A stretch of 64,000 bases of DNA from Phoronis australis. Taxonomy: Eukaryota > Animalia > Phoronida. Below the pieces are notes generated by a model. The model saw only the letters and a list, made by a program, of their open reading frames with translations, searched no databases and was not told where the DNA came from. The stretch covers positions 35,121-99,120 of the forward strand of contig NMRA01000622.1 of NCBI GenBank assembly GCA_002633005.1, in the 5' to 3' direction. Positions 52,901 through 62,550 of this stretch are shown one piece after another (the stretch's first letter is position 1; each line of letters begins with the position of its first letter). The translations under genes and the position numbers were made by a program.

Positions 52901-55900
52901 TACATGCACATGGGAAGAAGTTTTGAAATAATAATGGATATTTACCTAGTACACACTGAGTTATCATAAAATAAAGTCCTTAAAATGACAACATGCAGTT
53001 AAGTGTTTATTTAAATTGATTACTACTAATCAAACAACAAACACATCTTCATCTTTACGCTAGAGTGTTAACTAAAAAATTTGGTGTATAAGGCCACCAC
53101 CTTATAAAAGAAACAACGTCAAAATGCTATAAGGCCAGTTATCATTGTTATTTTCTGTCGATCTGTCATTGACATGTTAACAATTGTAAAAATGAATACA
53201 ATAGCGAATGGCTAAAATATTCCACAAAAAAATTTAAATATTGCCATTATTTGAATTTACGTTTCGCTCACGCTAAAGAGTGAACGAACAAAAATGTGAG
53301 ACCTTCACAGTATCAGGTAATACTTGAATATAAATCCATAGTCTTATATACCAGGTTTTACGGTGACCATCTACATGATACTCCTCAATAGCAACAACTG
53401 CCTACCCAACACATTTACGGAAAACATGTAACAAAATAGCATAGTTCTATCACTAAACAGATCAGCCGGCATCTCTAAACTATTATAACCAACAACAAGT
53501 TTTCTATAATTAAGTGACCACTTACCGACACCTTGGTGAAGATATAGAGCAAAATGGATAAACAGGAGAGGTAGACTCGAATTCTTTGGCCACCGAAACG
53601 TTTCCTCATAAACTCTGGCAGTGTGCAAACCTGAGGCAAATACCAACTGTCATCACTATAGCAACAAATACCAGCTGCAACCACTGATACCAACAGCCAC
53701 CAATACCCATTGTTAAGACAATACCAAACTAACAGCACAGTAACGATGATACATCAATTACATGTACATACCAACCTATACCCATTGCTTAGACAATACC
53801 AAACAAATATCACAGAAACGCTCATACTACTAAGCAACAAACATCCACGCTATTGACAGTGACGAAAAAAACACATCTCATGTGATCGCTGTATCTTGAT
53901 GTACTTATTTTTGTGAATGAAACATTTGTTTCAAAGACTTCTAAGAAAGGCACTTGCAGTTGTGGACAGTTGTCAAATTCACAGGAAGACACTGCAAAAG
54001 ATGATGGAGATACAACAATGGATGCTACAAAGACAGAATCATAACTAGGGTGCATCACAGTTGTCGGACCTGTCTGAAAATCTGTCAGCAAAGTCTTCTC
54101 ATCAGGTCACATTTGCCAAGTTTCGTAATGATTCTTTGAGCAGCTTGGCGAATGAAAAGGTGGACACCAAAAAGAAAGTTAACTCAAAATAATCAAAATG
54201 GCCAAAATATGTCAAATCCATTCCCAAATGTTAATACCTATTAAATAAAATTCTGGTTGCTAAATTTCATGTAAATCCATCAACGAACTTTGAAGAGGCA
54301 AACGTAAAAATAAAATTGCCACTAGGGAGTCGATCATATTAGTCAGATTGGTCGAAAACTTGATGTCATCCACTGTCAGAAACACAGAAACACATCGGCC
54401 AAATTTGACAAAGATCCTGCAAAAGGCTTCAAAGATACTGTGTTCACTAGACACAAAAAACAAAAAAAAATTGACAATAGGGGATGCCAGCTAGTTAAAC
54501 TGTCTGAAAATCAAGGTCAACTGCATTCTTCTCATCAGGAACACATCTGCCAATTTTCATCCTTCACGCAGTTTGGAGAATTTAGATGTGGACGCCAAAG
54601 TAGTTTTGCTATTTTAAAAATTGCCACAACAGGGATCGACGCTATTAAAATCGCCAGGTTGCATTTTGCTACCTAGCCAAAATCCCAGGTCGCATTTTCA
54701 AAATTCAGCTCGCATTCATAAATGCCAGATCGCCAAATTTTTCCGCCATATTTACGTGCCAAAATTGATTTTTTAGATCATCGAGAAAATGTTTAGATTA
54801 TGCTCTCACCTGCAGCGTTAAATACCCACAGATTTTAGATCGCAAAATTGAGTTCGTTAATGCAGGGCATTTAGCGATCTGTGACATGTATTGAGTCATC
54901 TGGAATTGGTTTTGTGCGGTACTTCGAAAATATGTGCTACCTCATTTTTGGGAGGTCCTTTTTGAATTCTGCCGGACCCATTCCAGAGTGCAATTTGTCT
55001 GTCATGGGTCATTCAATGTTCAGTGCGGTACTATTGTTCGTTTAAAATCAGTTTTGGCCGGCACCTCCAAAATCTAGTCTAGCTCAAATTTTTGATGGCA
55101 TACCGTGGTTGAAATTTTTTAGGGTTTCTGCTGGGCACAACCCAGAGTGTATTTTGTCTGTCATAGGGGTTTTCGTGATCTATGACATGCATTGAATCTC
55201 ATGGAGTTGGTTTTTTTGTGGTACCTCGAATGTATGTGCTAGCTCATTTTTGGGGAGTCCTTTTTGGTTTCTACCGGACCCATTCCAGAGTGCAGTTTGT
55301 CTGTCATGGGTCATTCGGTGTTCAGTGCGGTACTATTGTTCGTTTTCAATCAGTATTGGGTGGTACCTCCAATATCTAGTCTAGATCATTTTTGGGTCCT
55401 TTGTAAGGCCCCCAGGGGTTACACCCAGAGTGCAAACAACAACAGACGTCCATTTCTGTACATACTTAGGTGGAATCTAAATGCGCTCGTGGTCAGATGT
55501 TGGTACCTCGTTCATTTATGCTAAGTGCTCTGGGTTGCTGTTCTAAAATCATATATCAGAAACAAGTAAAGGGGTTTGAGAATTTCTTGGCAACTGAAAG
55601 ACGTGGCCGTCGTTTAGCGATTAATAGGGTTGTTATTTTCACTTTGGCTGTCTTATGCGATAAAAAGTAGACGCACATCTCTAAATCACGGTTGTTTGCA
55701 CGGACCGCTTGCGGGCTAACAACGGGACCGACCAGTGCCGCAGTGCGATGTCAGGGATATTGTGGTGGATATTTGGTACATGTAATAAGGACATCTTACG
55801 CGAAAAATAAACATAGTTGTGCATCACAAAGTTTGGTAAGTTGACCGCTTAAGAATTAGTAGAAACACAGCTGTTTTGTGACGTTTTATCACGAGTTATG

Positions 55901-56561
55901 CAGTGGCTTGAAACTTTCTTCAGCGAATCCGGAAATTTCCAAAAGTGGCCGAAAATGTTAGACAATGAAATGCGTCACAGATCGATTCTGCTTTATCCCC
56001 TGTTCACGCGACTTGCTTACAAGTCATCGGGAGGTCGGTTCTCGGTTAGTGTTCTTTTGAACTAGGATCTGGAAACAACCAAATAACGGTCGGATTAACT
56101 AGAGTTGCTTTATATTTGCCCGGTATCTGCCGAGAAGTGAAAAACTCGCATACGTTGGAAATTCCAGGTCGCATTTTGAGACTTGATACGAGCTGACAAA
56201 TATCTCAGCTCGCGTTTCCAAATTTCAGGTCGCAAATGCGACCTGCAGCTCGTTATGTCGAGCCCTGCACAAGGAGGCACAGAATACATCAAATATGAGG
56301 ACCCTCTTGGAAAGCAGTACTATCACTGAAGAGGCCACCCTCATTTTAAATATCACAATAATAAATAAATAATAAATAAATGACCGAAAATCTGAGGTGT
56401 CGTCTTTTTCATAGAAACCTATTTTCAAAAACTGCATGAAAATCCATGAAGGACATCTGAACATTAAGAGGCAATCGTGGTTCAGGGCTATAGAAACTTA
56501 CCCCACTGGCTATGAAGACGGGAAGATAGACCCATCCAAGCAGCTGCAGAATGAGCAGTGC
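4673..56561 (-). CDS. SLC5A3: Spliced gene (5'-partial) for a sodium/myo-inositol cotransporter-like SLC5 (SSS family) protein; 13 coding exons in the window
   Basis: Manually joined exons 56502-56561, 53526-53630, 52521-52626, 32680-32760, 30748-30956, 26348-26483, 24624-24731, 14875-15025, 12044-12212, 9181-9396, 8054-8209, 7052-7139, 4673-4959 give 1872 nt in one open frame with GT-AG introns. SLC5 motifs include [31 protein letters not shown]; GQTPAS, MSDL and EMQGGQ resemble SMIT1. The symbol means SLC5A3-like; orthology is untested. Confidence 0.93.
7052..7139 (-). CDS. SLC5A3: Probable SLC5 loop exon: [29 protein letters not shown](D)
   Basis: caacag|ATT...GAA G|gtaaac; 88 nt, phase 0-1, exactly bridging the neighbouring exons; no homology support. 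Confidence 0.7.
7600..7855 (+). mobile_element. Penelope-like element fragment (linker plus GIY-YIG endonuclease start)
   Basis: VAGISDRVK...[14 protein letters not shown]...KDK...[34 protein letters not shown] resembles the Penelope FKP.NTLR..LVHPKDK...SNVVY...YIGETK pattern; frameshifted. Confidence 0.75.
7874..8105. repeat. Degenerate ~70-75 bp tandem repeat spanning an exon 3' end and its donor site
   Basis: Units start ggg(g)ayactcaactca at ~7874, 7941 and 8016, with a partial unit at 8090. Confidence 0.75.
8054..8209 (-). CDS. SLC5A3: SLC5 exon, start of the large cytoplasmic loop: [23 protein letters not shown]...LKDSESK
   Basis: ttgtag|CTG GTC CGT ACC ACT TTC TGG matches the family L.R.T.W.R motif; donor AAG|gttcga is weaker and was chosen for phase fit (156 nt). 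Confidence 0.8.
8583..8635. repeat. (CA)n/(CACG)n microsatellite
   Basis: gcacacacacgcacgcacgcacgcacacacacacacgc... Confidence 0.95.
9181..9396 (-). CDS. SLC5A3: SLC5 exon: [21 protein letters not shown]...FHYMYFA...[12 protein letters not shown]
   Basis: tcccag|GGA...ATG|gtaagc; 216 nt; HY.YFA and VSLLT.P motifs. Confidence 0.96.
9845..10478. mobile_element. Cluster of small GGCGGATC-type MITE remnants with a local duplication
   Basis: 9845-9960 recurs at ~10055-10335, where it is interrupted by a cagggacagatccagg...gaattcgcct segment; termini resemble those of the 37849 element. Confidence 0.5.
12044..12212 (-). CDS. SLC5A3: SLC5 exon: [56 protein letters not shown]
   Basis: ccacag|A GCG...AAG|gtgagt; 169 nt, phase 2-0. 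Confidence 0.96.
12363..12712. mobile_element. HINE/DINE-1-like element, family A, truncated copy
   Basis: Close to 23636-23940; ttgccactaggggg unit, GGAC/GACG microsatellite, terminal hairpin gtccacatat-aa-atatgtgggc. Confidence 0.7.
14875..15025 (-). CDS. SLC5A3: SLC5 exon: (G)[49 protein letters not shown](R)
   Basis: cctcag|GT CTG...GGC AG|gtcagt; 151 nt; Na+-site helix. Confidence 0.96.
15690..15975. repeat. Degenerate minisatellite, ~33 bp (ctcagactcacagctgagcaggataa...)
   Basis: About 8 recognisable units. Confidence 0.75.
16800..17900 (+). mobile_element. Highly decayed LINE reverse-transcriptase remnant
   Basis: KAFD-like ggaaagcctttgac (~17223) and YADD-like taa gca gat gat (~17647); no open frame. 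Confidence 0.4.
20067..21885. mobile_element. HINE-like family A, long degenerate copy with ~150 bp internal tandem units
   Basis: Repeated aaaattgccactagg..., ccaaatttc, agatacag units; ends gacgctggacgcccagac...atatgcacccac as other copies do; a further degenerate piece lies at ~18020-18420. Confidence 0.6.
22911..23940. mobile_element. HINE-like family A, near full-length copy
   Basis: Left end acaag plus stem-loop, ~150 bp internal units, right end cggacgccggatgcccagacag...atatgcggccac...gggcgcataaaa; the end of another HINE-type element (hairpin tatcccc-tttggt-ggggata) lies just upstream at ~22790-22860. Confidence 0.7.
24624..24731 (-). CDS. SLC5A3: SLC5 exon: (D)[35 protein letters not shown]
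   Basis: atttag|AT GAG...ACA G|gtaagt; 108 nt; Cys-rich loop with the GCSN.AYP motif. Confidence 0.95.
26348..26483 (-). CDS. SLC5A3: SLC5 exon: [45 protein letters not shown]
   Basis: ttacag|ATG...AAA G|gttggt; 136 nt; VQR.L.AK..SH and PGMISR motifs. Confidence 0.95.
26461..26747. repeat. Tandem repeat (~49-55 bp, 5 full units plus 1 partial) built from the acceptor and first ~23 nt of the exon ending at 26483
   Basis: Unit gtcagggcacgttrtaccatcat-ctgtaacacactagattattacaagtagt. Confidence 0.95.
28039..28993. mobile_element. Non-autonomous TIR DNA element with subterminal attctcact repeats
   Basis: Left ccttatgaaaaaa and right tttttcatgaggg are inverted; agtgagaa on the left is mirrored by ttctcact on the right. 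Confidence 0.65.
29650..30276. mobile_element. Three copies of a tRNA-derived SINE (two minus, one plus; the last two are head-to-head)
   Basis: Minus-strand heads have an A box (AGCTCAGTGG) and B box (GGTTCGATTCC) and share the body ctgtgttatttgattcact...tggccaacatcag. Confidence 0.75.
30748..30956 (-). CDS. SLC5A3: SLC5 exon: FIRVGGYQG...[23 protein letters not shown]
   Basis: ttaaag|GT TTC...CAG|gtacat; 209 nt, phase 1-0; PWPG and WYWCADQ motifs. Confidence 0.95.
31503..32616 (-). mobile_element. Intact-looking Helentron-associated element (HINE/DINE-1-like), family B, ~1.1 kb
   Basis: Minus strand: subTIR ACTTGGCGGAA with adjacent IR TTCCGCCAAGT, T-run/TTTG tract, then distal TTCCGCCAAGT, stem-loop CGCTC-ctcc-GAGCG and CTCGTT end; T-rich insertion site; CpG-rich. 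Confidence 0.8.
32680..32760 (-). CDS. SLC5A3: SLC5 exon: [26 protein letters not shown]
   Basis: cctcag|GT GGC...CTG A|gtatgt; 81 nt; [13 protein letters not shown] signature. Confidence 0.96.
34550..35095. repeat. Minisatellite, ~26-28 bp (cctaccaacccctcatacaggagaagt)
   Basis: About 20 degenerate units. Confidence 0.9.
37849..38169. mobile_element. 321 bp MITE with CA..GGCGGAT TIRs and 5-bp TSD GAATT
   Basis: gaatt|CAGTGGCGGATCTAGG ... CCTAAATCCGCCTATG|gaatt. Confidence 0.85.
40770..42160. mobile_element. Non-autonomous TIR element with many palindromic aaacttaagttt subterminal motifs
   Basis: tacaaaaatgaacataataagtttt (40778) is inverted at aaaacttattaaggtcatttttgta (ends 42152). Confidence 0.65.
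43640..44300 (+). pseudogene. Decayed hAT transposase C-terminus (dimerisation domain)
   Basis: [11 protein letters not shown]...TSVNCERG...TDTRSSL...[14 protein letters not shown] (~44108-44242, frameshifted) matches the hAT S..CER.FS...KT..R..L motif. Confidence 0.65.
44680..45376. mobile_element. Repeat copy ending ggtttgagacaacc|ttaa (possibly Kolobok-type)
   Basis: Homologous in inverted orientation to 47731-48660; TTAA flank with a GG/CC terminus. Confidence 0.55.
45790..46150. repeat. Degenerate tandem repeat, ~60-70 bp (gctgacaact...ccaggagc...gtaayggaaaga)
   Basis: About 5 visible units. Confidence 0.65.
47373..47600 (+). mobile_element. tRNA-derived SINE (second family)
   Basis: A box TGGCCTGGTTG, B box GGTTCGAGTCC, followed by a non-tRNA body. 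Confidence 0.65.
47731..48660. mobile_element. Inverted second copy of the 44680-45376 repeat
   Basis: Starts aaggttatctcaaacctt and ends gtcaactgaatttgcagtgcgtaattaagttaattatcacaaatttcttaa. Confidence 0.6.
52521..52626 (-). CDS. SLC5A3: SLC5 exon: [35 protein letters not shown](G)
   Basis: tttcag|GTC...ACA G|gtaagc; 106 nt, phase 0-1. Confidence 0.95.
53526..53630 (-). CDS. SLC5A3: SLC5 exon: [35 protein letters not shown]
   Basis: cctcag|GTT...TCG|gtaagt; 105 nt; RFGG motif; lies within ORF 53475..53738. Confidence 0.96.
54040..56470. mobile_element. HINE-like family A copy split by a nested TIR element
   Basis: aaaattgccactagg units at ~54313 and ~54617; the unit ttgccacaa|...|ggaggcac resumes after 56272. 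Confidence 0.6.
54630..56267. mobile_element. 1638 bp non-autonomous hAT-like element with 5-bp TSD CACAA
   Basis: cacaa|CAGGGATCGAC ... GTCGAGCCCTG|cacaa; subterminal caggtcgca repeats; internal ~300 bp tandem duplication (54880-55400). Confidence 0.88.
56502..56561 (-). CDS. SLC5A3: SLC5 exon, first in window: [20 protein letters not shown]
   Basis: ttctag|GCA...GGG|gtaagt; 60 nt, phase 0-0; matches the SLC5 LGW.F.P.YI..G segment. Confidence 0.92.
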
Positions 56562-57084
56562 CTAGAACAAGTCCAAAAATAAATGTATTAAGCATGGTAT
56601 TTCAACACATCTCAGATGCAAGTCAGTTTTGAGTCCAAATGATTACAAAACCAGGTCAAACTCACTACCTCAGCTAAAAAGTTTTCAAAACTGAATTCAC
56701 CTACCTTTCTCTTCCCACTTAAGTAAACCAACACACATATCATTTTTGCAATTCTTTAATTTTGTTTGAAAACCAAATCCTTTTGTGTTGATCCCAGACA
56801 TCATTACTGCCCTTAAAGCACAAAATAGCATTTAAAAGTGAATCTAAAGAATTATTCGATAGTCAAAAGTGTCCCTTACTACTTGGCTTATTCTCAAAAC
56901 TATAGATAAGACTGTAGTGTCTACTTGACTTATTCTCACAACTACGGAAAAGACTGTTGTATTCCTACACCAACACAAAGCTAAAATTTTAGACAAAAGC
57001 GACTACTTGATAGAATCAAGTGGAGCCCTGTTAACAGCTAGCAGAAGTGAAAAACAGCACCGATGGTTTCATTTAGTTCTATCA

Positions 57085-57800
57085 CTGAGACAACTGACGT
57101 CAGTGTCCAGGCAGAGAAGTTATCACTACATTGTGTACTCCAGGAAACAGAGGTGTCGGTGTACTCCAGGAAACAAAGTCTGATGTTTTCCACTAGATTG
57201 TGTACTCTAGTGAACAGGGATGTTATCACAGGTGTACTCTAGAAAACAGGACCACTACATAATAGTGTACTCTAGTTTAGAAAACAGAATCTGATGTTTT
57301 CTCAACATTGTGTACTCAAGTTTAAGAAACAGGAGTTATCACTACATTGTATACTCTAGGGAACAGAATCTGTTTTCACTACATTGTGTAGTGTAGGAAA
57401 CAAGGATGTCATTACATAATGTGTACTCTAGGAAACAGAGGTATTTTCTCTACATTGTGTACTCCAGCAAACAGAGGTGCTTTCACTGCATTGTGTAGTC
57501 TAGGAAACAAAGGTGTCATCACTACATTAATGTGTCCCATACTCTAGGAAACAGAGACGTTTTCACTACATTGTGTACTCTAGGAAACACTATGAGGCGT
57601 TTTCACTTCAATGTGTATAGTCTAGGAAACAAGGTGTCATCACTACATTAATGTGTACTCTAGGAAACAGAGGAGTTTTCACTACATTGTGTAGTCCAGG
57701 AAAGAAGGGTGTCATCATTGCATTATGTGTTCTTGAGCAGAGGTGTTATCACTCTATTGTGCATTCTAGTGAACATATGTGTTATTGCTACACTGTGTAC
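57085..57800. repeat. Minisatellite, ~35-38 bp (cactacattgtgtactctaggaaacagaggtgtt)
   Basis: About 18 units. Confidence 0.92.
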
Positions 57801-58129
57801 GGTTTCGGAGATCATTGCTTTAGTTTGTTCGAAATACAGTTCTGATCGAAAAGAGGTTCCCATTGAACGAGCTTAACCAGTCCGACCTAGGGTGATCCTT
57901 AACCAGAGTGAGGGTAGGCTTCGACTGGAAGGCCGTTGAACTCAGTTGGGTTGAGACTCAACTTAAGAATGGCCTTGGCTGGATCTCGGATGGACTGCGG
58001 TTATTGAGGCATTTAATGTCCGGGAGGTTACTCCTGTATATGCTACTACTGAATACTGAACCAGCATTCATGCCTCGGCCTGCTCACACGTTTTTGTTAA
58101 GTTTGTGCTCTTTATGTTGAATGTAATAT

Positions 58130-58400
58130 ATTAGTTTATACATTGAACGCAAGAATTTTCGGGAACTCTTATGGGTTAAAAGTAGAAAGATTTGGAAAGG
58201 TGAAAATCGAGTGAAGAGTGTTCCAAAGAGCTGGTGCAACAACTGTGAAAGGCAGGATCAACCATAAGTTTTTGTGTTTGAGCTTAGGTCACTGAGGATT
58301 ATGTCTATCCTCATTGGAATGCAACTATCCAGAAGGCTCTGAAATGCACATAAGTCCCCCAAGTACATTTTAATCTTAATTGTTAGGCCAGCTGTTGAAA
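58130..58400 (-). mobile_element. L2/CR1-group LINE 3' end remnant
   Basis: Minus strand TKTYG...AFTVVAPALWNTL, the typical C-terminal AF...AP.LWN.L motif. Confidence 0.6.
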
Positions 58401-59599
58401 TTTCCTTGGTATCAGTCTTGTCCCTTCCTCTATTGTGAATCAGTTCACTGTCCACACTAATCCCTTTAATAAAGTGGCTCACCCAACCTAAACCATTGGA
58501 AAACGCCCTTTCACTACATGCTCATTAACATGCTATTTACAAACATTGTGACAGCTATAGTGTATACCTGAGGTGGCACTGAATAGTTAGGCTGCGGCCA
58601 CAGCTAATTTGCACTCCCAAAATATAGAAATTTTGGGGTAGGCCAAGTTTGGGGGCATTTTGTAGGTGGGCATTGCACGTAGGCTCAGTGAATGTGGTTT
58701 GTTTGTATTTGTGAACATGCTGTGAATAAAAAAAGGCCACTTTCTTGGCTGTAGCTGCACTCTTCTTCAAGATGGCGGCCCCCGGCTGCAATTGTGCATT
58801 GTGGGGTAGCGACCGAGAAATTGGCTGTGATTTTAGGTAGCCCTCAAACAAGCAAGAATTGCCAAAAAACTAGTTGGTTGACAGTACTTTTGGACCACAT
58901 TTTCTGAATCGGTAGGAAATTTGCTTTCAGACTCTAATGTTGGTTTTAGTCGTGCATCGGCAGGGAAGTGGTGTTTTTCGGGTGAAAAGTGCCGATTTTG
59001 CATTTTTTTGCCCTTATTTTTCTTAGTCTAGCTTGGTTTTGAGTGGGAATGAAATGGTCAAAAATACAAGAAAGAATAAAGTTTCTGTGCTCATCTGCTG
59101 GGCTTTTTATGTGAAATAATTGAAAACATGCCATTCTTTGCATCCTGTTTTTGACAGAGTGAAGAAAAGGTTACAAATCAAGTGATGTGTGTTTTGCTAG
59201 ACAAAACCCAGTGAGAACTGTTCTGTGCCTCCTGAGGGTCATTTGACCAACTTTGATGTTGTTTTTGTTGACATGATCCATGGCCTGGTTTCTTAGATGT
59301 AACTTGCTATTTATGACCTTGTCCACTTTTGGTACATGAAGGTAGTGACCCATGCAGTTTTATTCCAACAATACAAGCAGGTGGCTTTGAACTTTAAAAA
59401 TTCCAGTGCTTTGAAGGTTAACTGCGAAATCATGATCAGGCCCAGGGATCGGGAAAGTTTGGGTAAAGTAAGCGATAACGTCAGTGAAACTATAGCTGCA
59501 TCTCAAATTAAACAGCACTATTTAGTGATATTACAGCACACATCTCAGATGTACATCTAAGGCGATATTTTTTCAAATGAGACAATATTATTTAGTCTC

Positions 59600-62550
59600 A
59601 AAGTGTGCGGAACGGTTCCGCACTTTTTTAATATCAACTTAGGGCCATAAAAATTGTATGTAACACATCTATACCTTAGCCTAAACATGTTTACAATGTT
59701 ACATTTTTATGAGAGCGGAATAAATGTGCGGAATATTCCGCAAGTGTGCGGATTCCGCAGACTTTGCGGAATATTCCGCATTCAGTGCGGAATATTCCGC
59801 ATTCAGTGCAGAATATTATGCAGATTTTGCGGAATATTACGCAGATTTCTCGGAATATTCCGCAGATTTTGCGGAACCATTCCGCATACGGAACCGTTCC
59901 GCAGACAATACTTTTGTGACTCTCACAAGTTATAAAAAAGTTTTCTTGCACATTTCAGTTGAAATATAATCTATTCTCAATAGCATATGGAAATATCAAT
60001 GTATCAATATGAACAATGATTGATCAGTGGGGAACTTGCTGAATGGTTTGTGATGAAGAAGCCTACCTCAAGCAGACTCGGGGGAAAATTGACATCTTGT
60101 TTATGCCATTTTACCGCTTTTGGTAGAACAATAACACAAGCCATTAAATATTCGAATCTTAACGTACAAAAAGCATTAAACATAAAAGTATCAGAATTTC
60201 TACCATAACAATAATTAATTATTAAAAGTGACAGTTGCAGAACCGTTCCGCATGCGCAACCGTTCCGCAAACAATACTTTTGTGATCCTCACAAGTTTAA
60301 AAAAGTTTTCTTGCACATTTCAGTTGAAATATAATCTATTCTCAATAGCATATGGAAATATCAATGTGTCAACATGAGCAATGATTAATTAGTGGGGAAC
60401 ATGCTGAATGGTTTGTGATGCAGAAACCTACCTCAAGCAGACTCGGGGAAAAATCAACATATTGTCTATGACATTTTACCACTTTTGGTAGAACCTTAAC
60501 ACAAGCCAAGAAATGTTCGAATCTTAATGCGGAACAAACATTAAACATAAAAGTATCAGAATGTTTACCCCAACAATAGTTAATTAATAAAAGTGACAGT
60601 TGTGGAACCGTTCCGCATGCGGAACCATTCTGCATAGGGAGCGATTTCCCAAACAAAATGGTTTGATGGGGTATTCGTTTCACCAATCATCTTAAAATGC
60701 ATTCCATTATCAATGCCACTTGAAAGTATCGATGTGACAATCCTAACAGTAATTAGTTGATCAATGTGACAGTTGTGGAACCGTTCTGCATGCGGAACCG
60801 TTCCGCAAACAATACTTTTGTGATCCTCACGTTTTAAAAATTTTTCTTCCACATTTCAGTTGAAATATATTCTATTCTCATTAGCATGTGGAAATATCAA
60901 CGTGTCAACTTGAACAATGATTAATCAGTGGGGAACCTTCTGAATGGTTTGTGATGCAGAAATCTACCTCAAGCAGAGTCTGGGAAAAATTGACATATTG
61001 TCTATGCCATTTTACCGCTTTTGGTAGAACCTTAACACAAGCCATGAAATATTCGAATCTTAACGTACAAAAAGCATTAAACATCAAAGTATCAGAATTT
61101 CTACCCTAACAATAATTAAGTATTAAAAGTGACAGTTGCAGAACCGTTCCGCATGCAAACCATTCCGCATGGGTAGTGATTTCCAGAACAGAATGGTTTT
61201 GCAGGGTAGTTTTTGTCCAAGCAACTTTAAATGTATTCCATTATCAATGCCACTTGAAAGTATCATTTAGACAATCCTAACAATATTTAGTTTGCGGAAC
61301 CGTTCCGCATGCGGAACGGTTCCGCAAACAATAGTTTTGAGGAGCTCACAATTGTTTAAATTTTTTCGTGCACATTTAAGTTGAAATACATTCTATCCTC
61401 AATAACACATGAAAATATCAATGTGTCTGTAAGAACAATGATTAATCAGTGGGGAACTTGCTGAATGGTTTGTGATGAAGAAACCTACCTCAAGCAGACT
61501 CGGGGAAAAATTGACATCTTGTCTATGCCATTTTACCACTTTTGGTAGAACCTTAACACAAGCCATGAAATGTTCGAATCTTAACGTGCAACAAGCATTA
61601 AACATAAAAGTATGAGAACTTCTACCCTAACAATAATTAACAAAAGTGACAGTTGCGGAACCGTTTCGCATGCAGAAAAATTCTGCTTGTGGAGCGATTT
61701 CCGAAACAGAATGGTTTTGCGGGGTTTTGATTTCACCAATCAACTGAAAATGCATTCCATTATCAACGCCACCTGAAAGTATCGATGTGACCATCTTAAC
61801 AGTAATTAGTTGATCAATGTGACTGTTGCGGAACCGTTCCGCAAGCGGAATCATTCTGCATGGGGAGCGTTTTCCCAAACAGAATGATTTTACGGGGTAT
61901 TTGTTTTGCCCAATGAAGTTAAAATGTATTCTATTATCAATGCCACTTGAAAGCATCAATCTGACAATCCTGACAATAATTAGGTGGTCAATATGACAGT
62001 TACGGAACCGTTCCGCAAATAATGGTTTTGTGGAGCTCACATTTTTTTAAATTGATGCTTGCGAATTAAAGTTGAGATACATTCTATTGTCAATAACAGA
62101 TGAACATATCAATGTGTCAACATGAACCATAATTTATCAGTGATGAACTTGCTGAATGGTTTGTGTTGTAGAAACCTACCTCAAGCTGACTCGGGAAAAT
62201 TTGACATTCGGATATGCCATTTAACCGCTCATGGTAGAGTTTAACACAAGCCAGGAAATATTCAAATCTTAAAATGCAAAAAGCATAAACATGAATGTAT
62301 CGGAATTTCTACCCTAACAATAATAATTTCATCAATGTGAGTTGCCGAACCGTTTCGCATGCGGAACGATTTTCCACACAGAATGGTTTTGCGGGGTTTT
62401 TGTTTTGCCCAATGAAGTTAAAATGCATCCCATTCTCAATACGACTTGAAAGTATCAATGTGACAATCCTAACAATAATTAGTTGATCAATGTGACTGTT
62501 TCGGATTTGTTCCGCAAGCAGAATGGTTTCAGAAACAATGGCTTTGTGGA
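59600..62550. repeat. Composite satellite: ~350 bp A and ~180 bp B monomers joined by the palindrome TGCGGAAC(C/G)GTTCCGCA
   Basis: Approximate order A A B A B A B B A B from 59905 to 62520, preceded by ~18 bp gcggaatattccgca repeats (59715-59900). Confidence 0.9.

Noticed and set aside
59654-59969. Repetitive ORFs (AEYSAF..., CGIFR...) on both strands
   Set aside because: By-product of an ~18 bp palindromic repeat; no splice or homology support.
59600-62550. CRISPR-like look: short palindromic repeats separated by longer segments
   Set aside because: The intervening segments are 180-350 bp and homologous to each other rather than unique; no cas genes; eukaryotic intron context.
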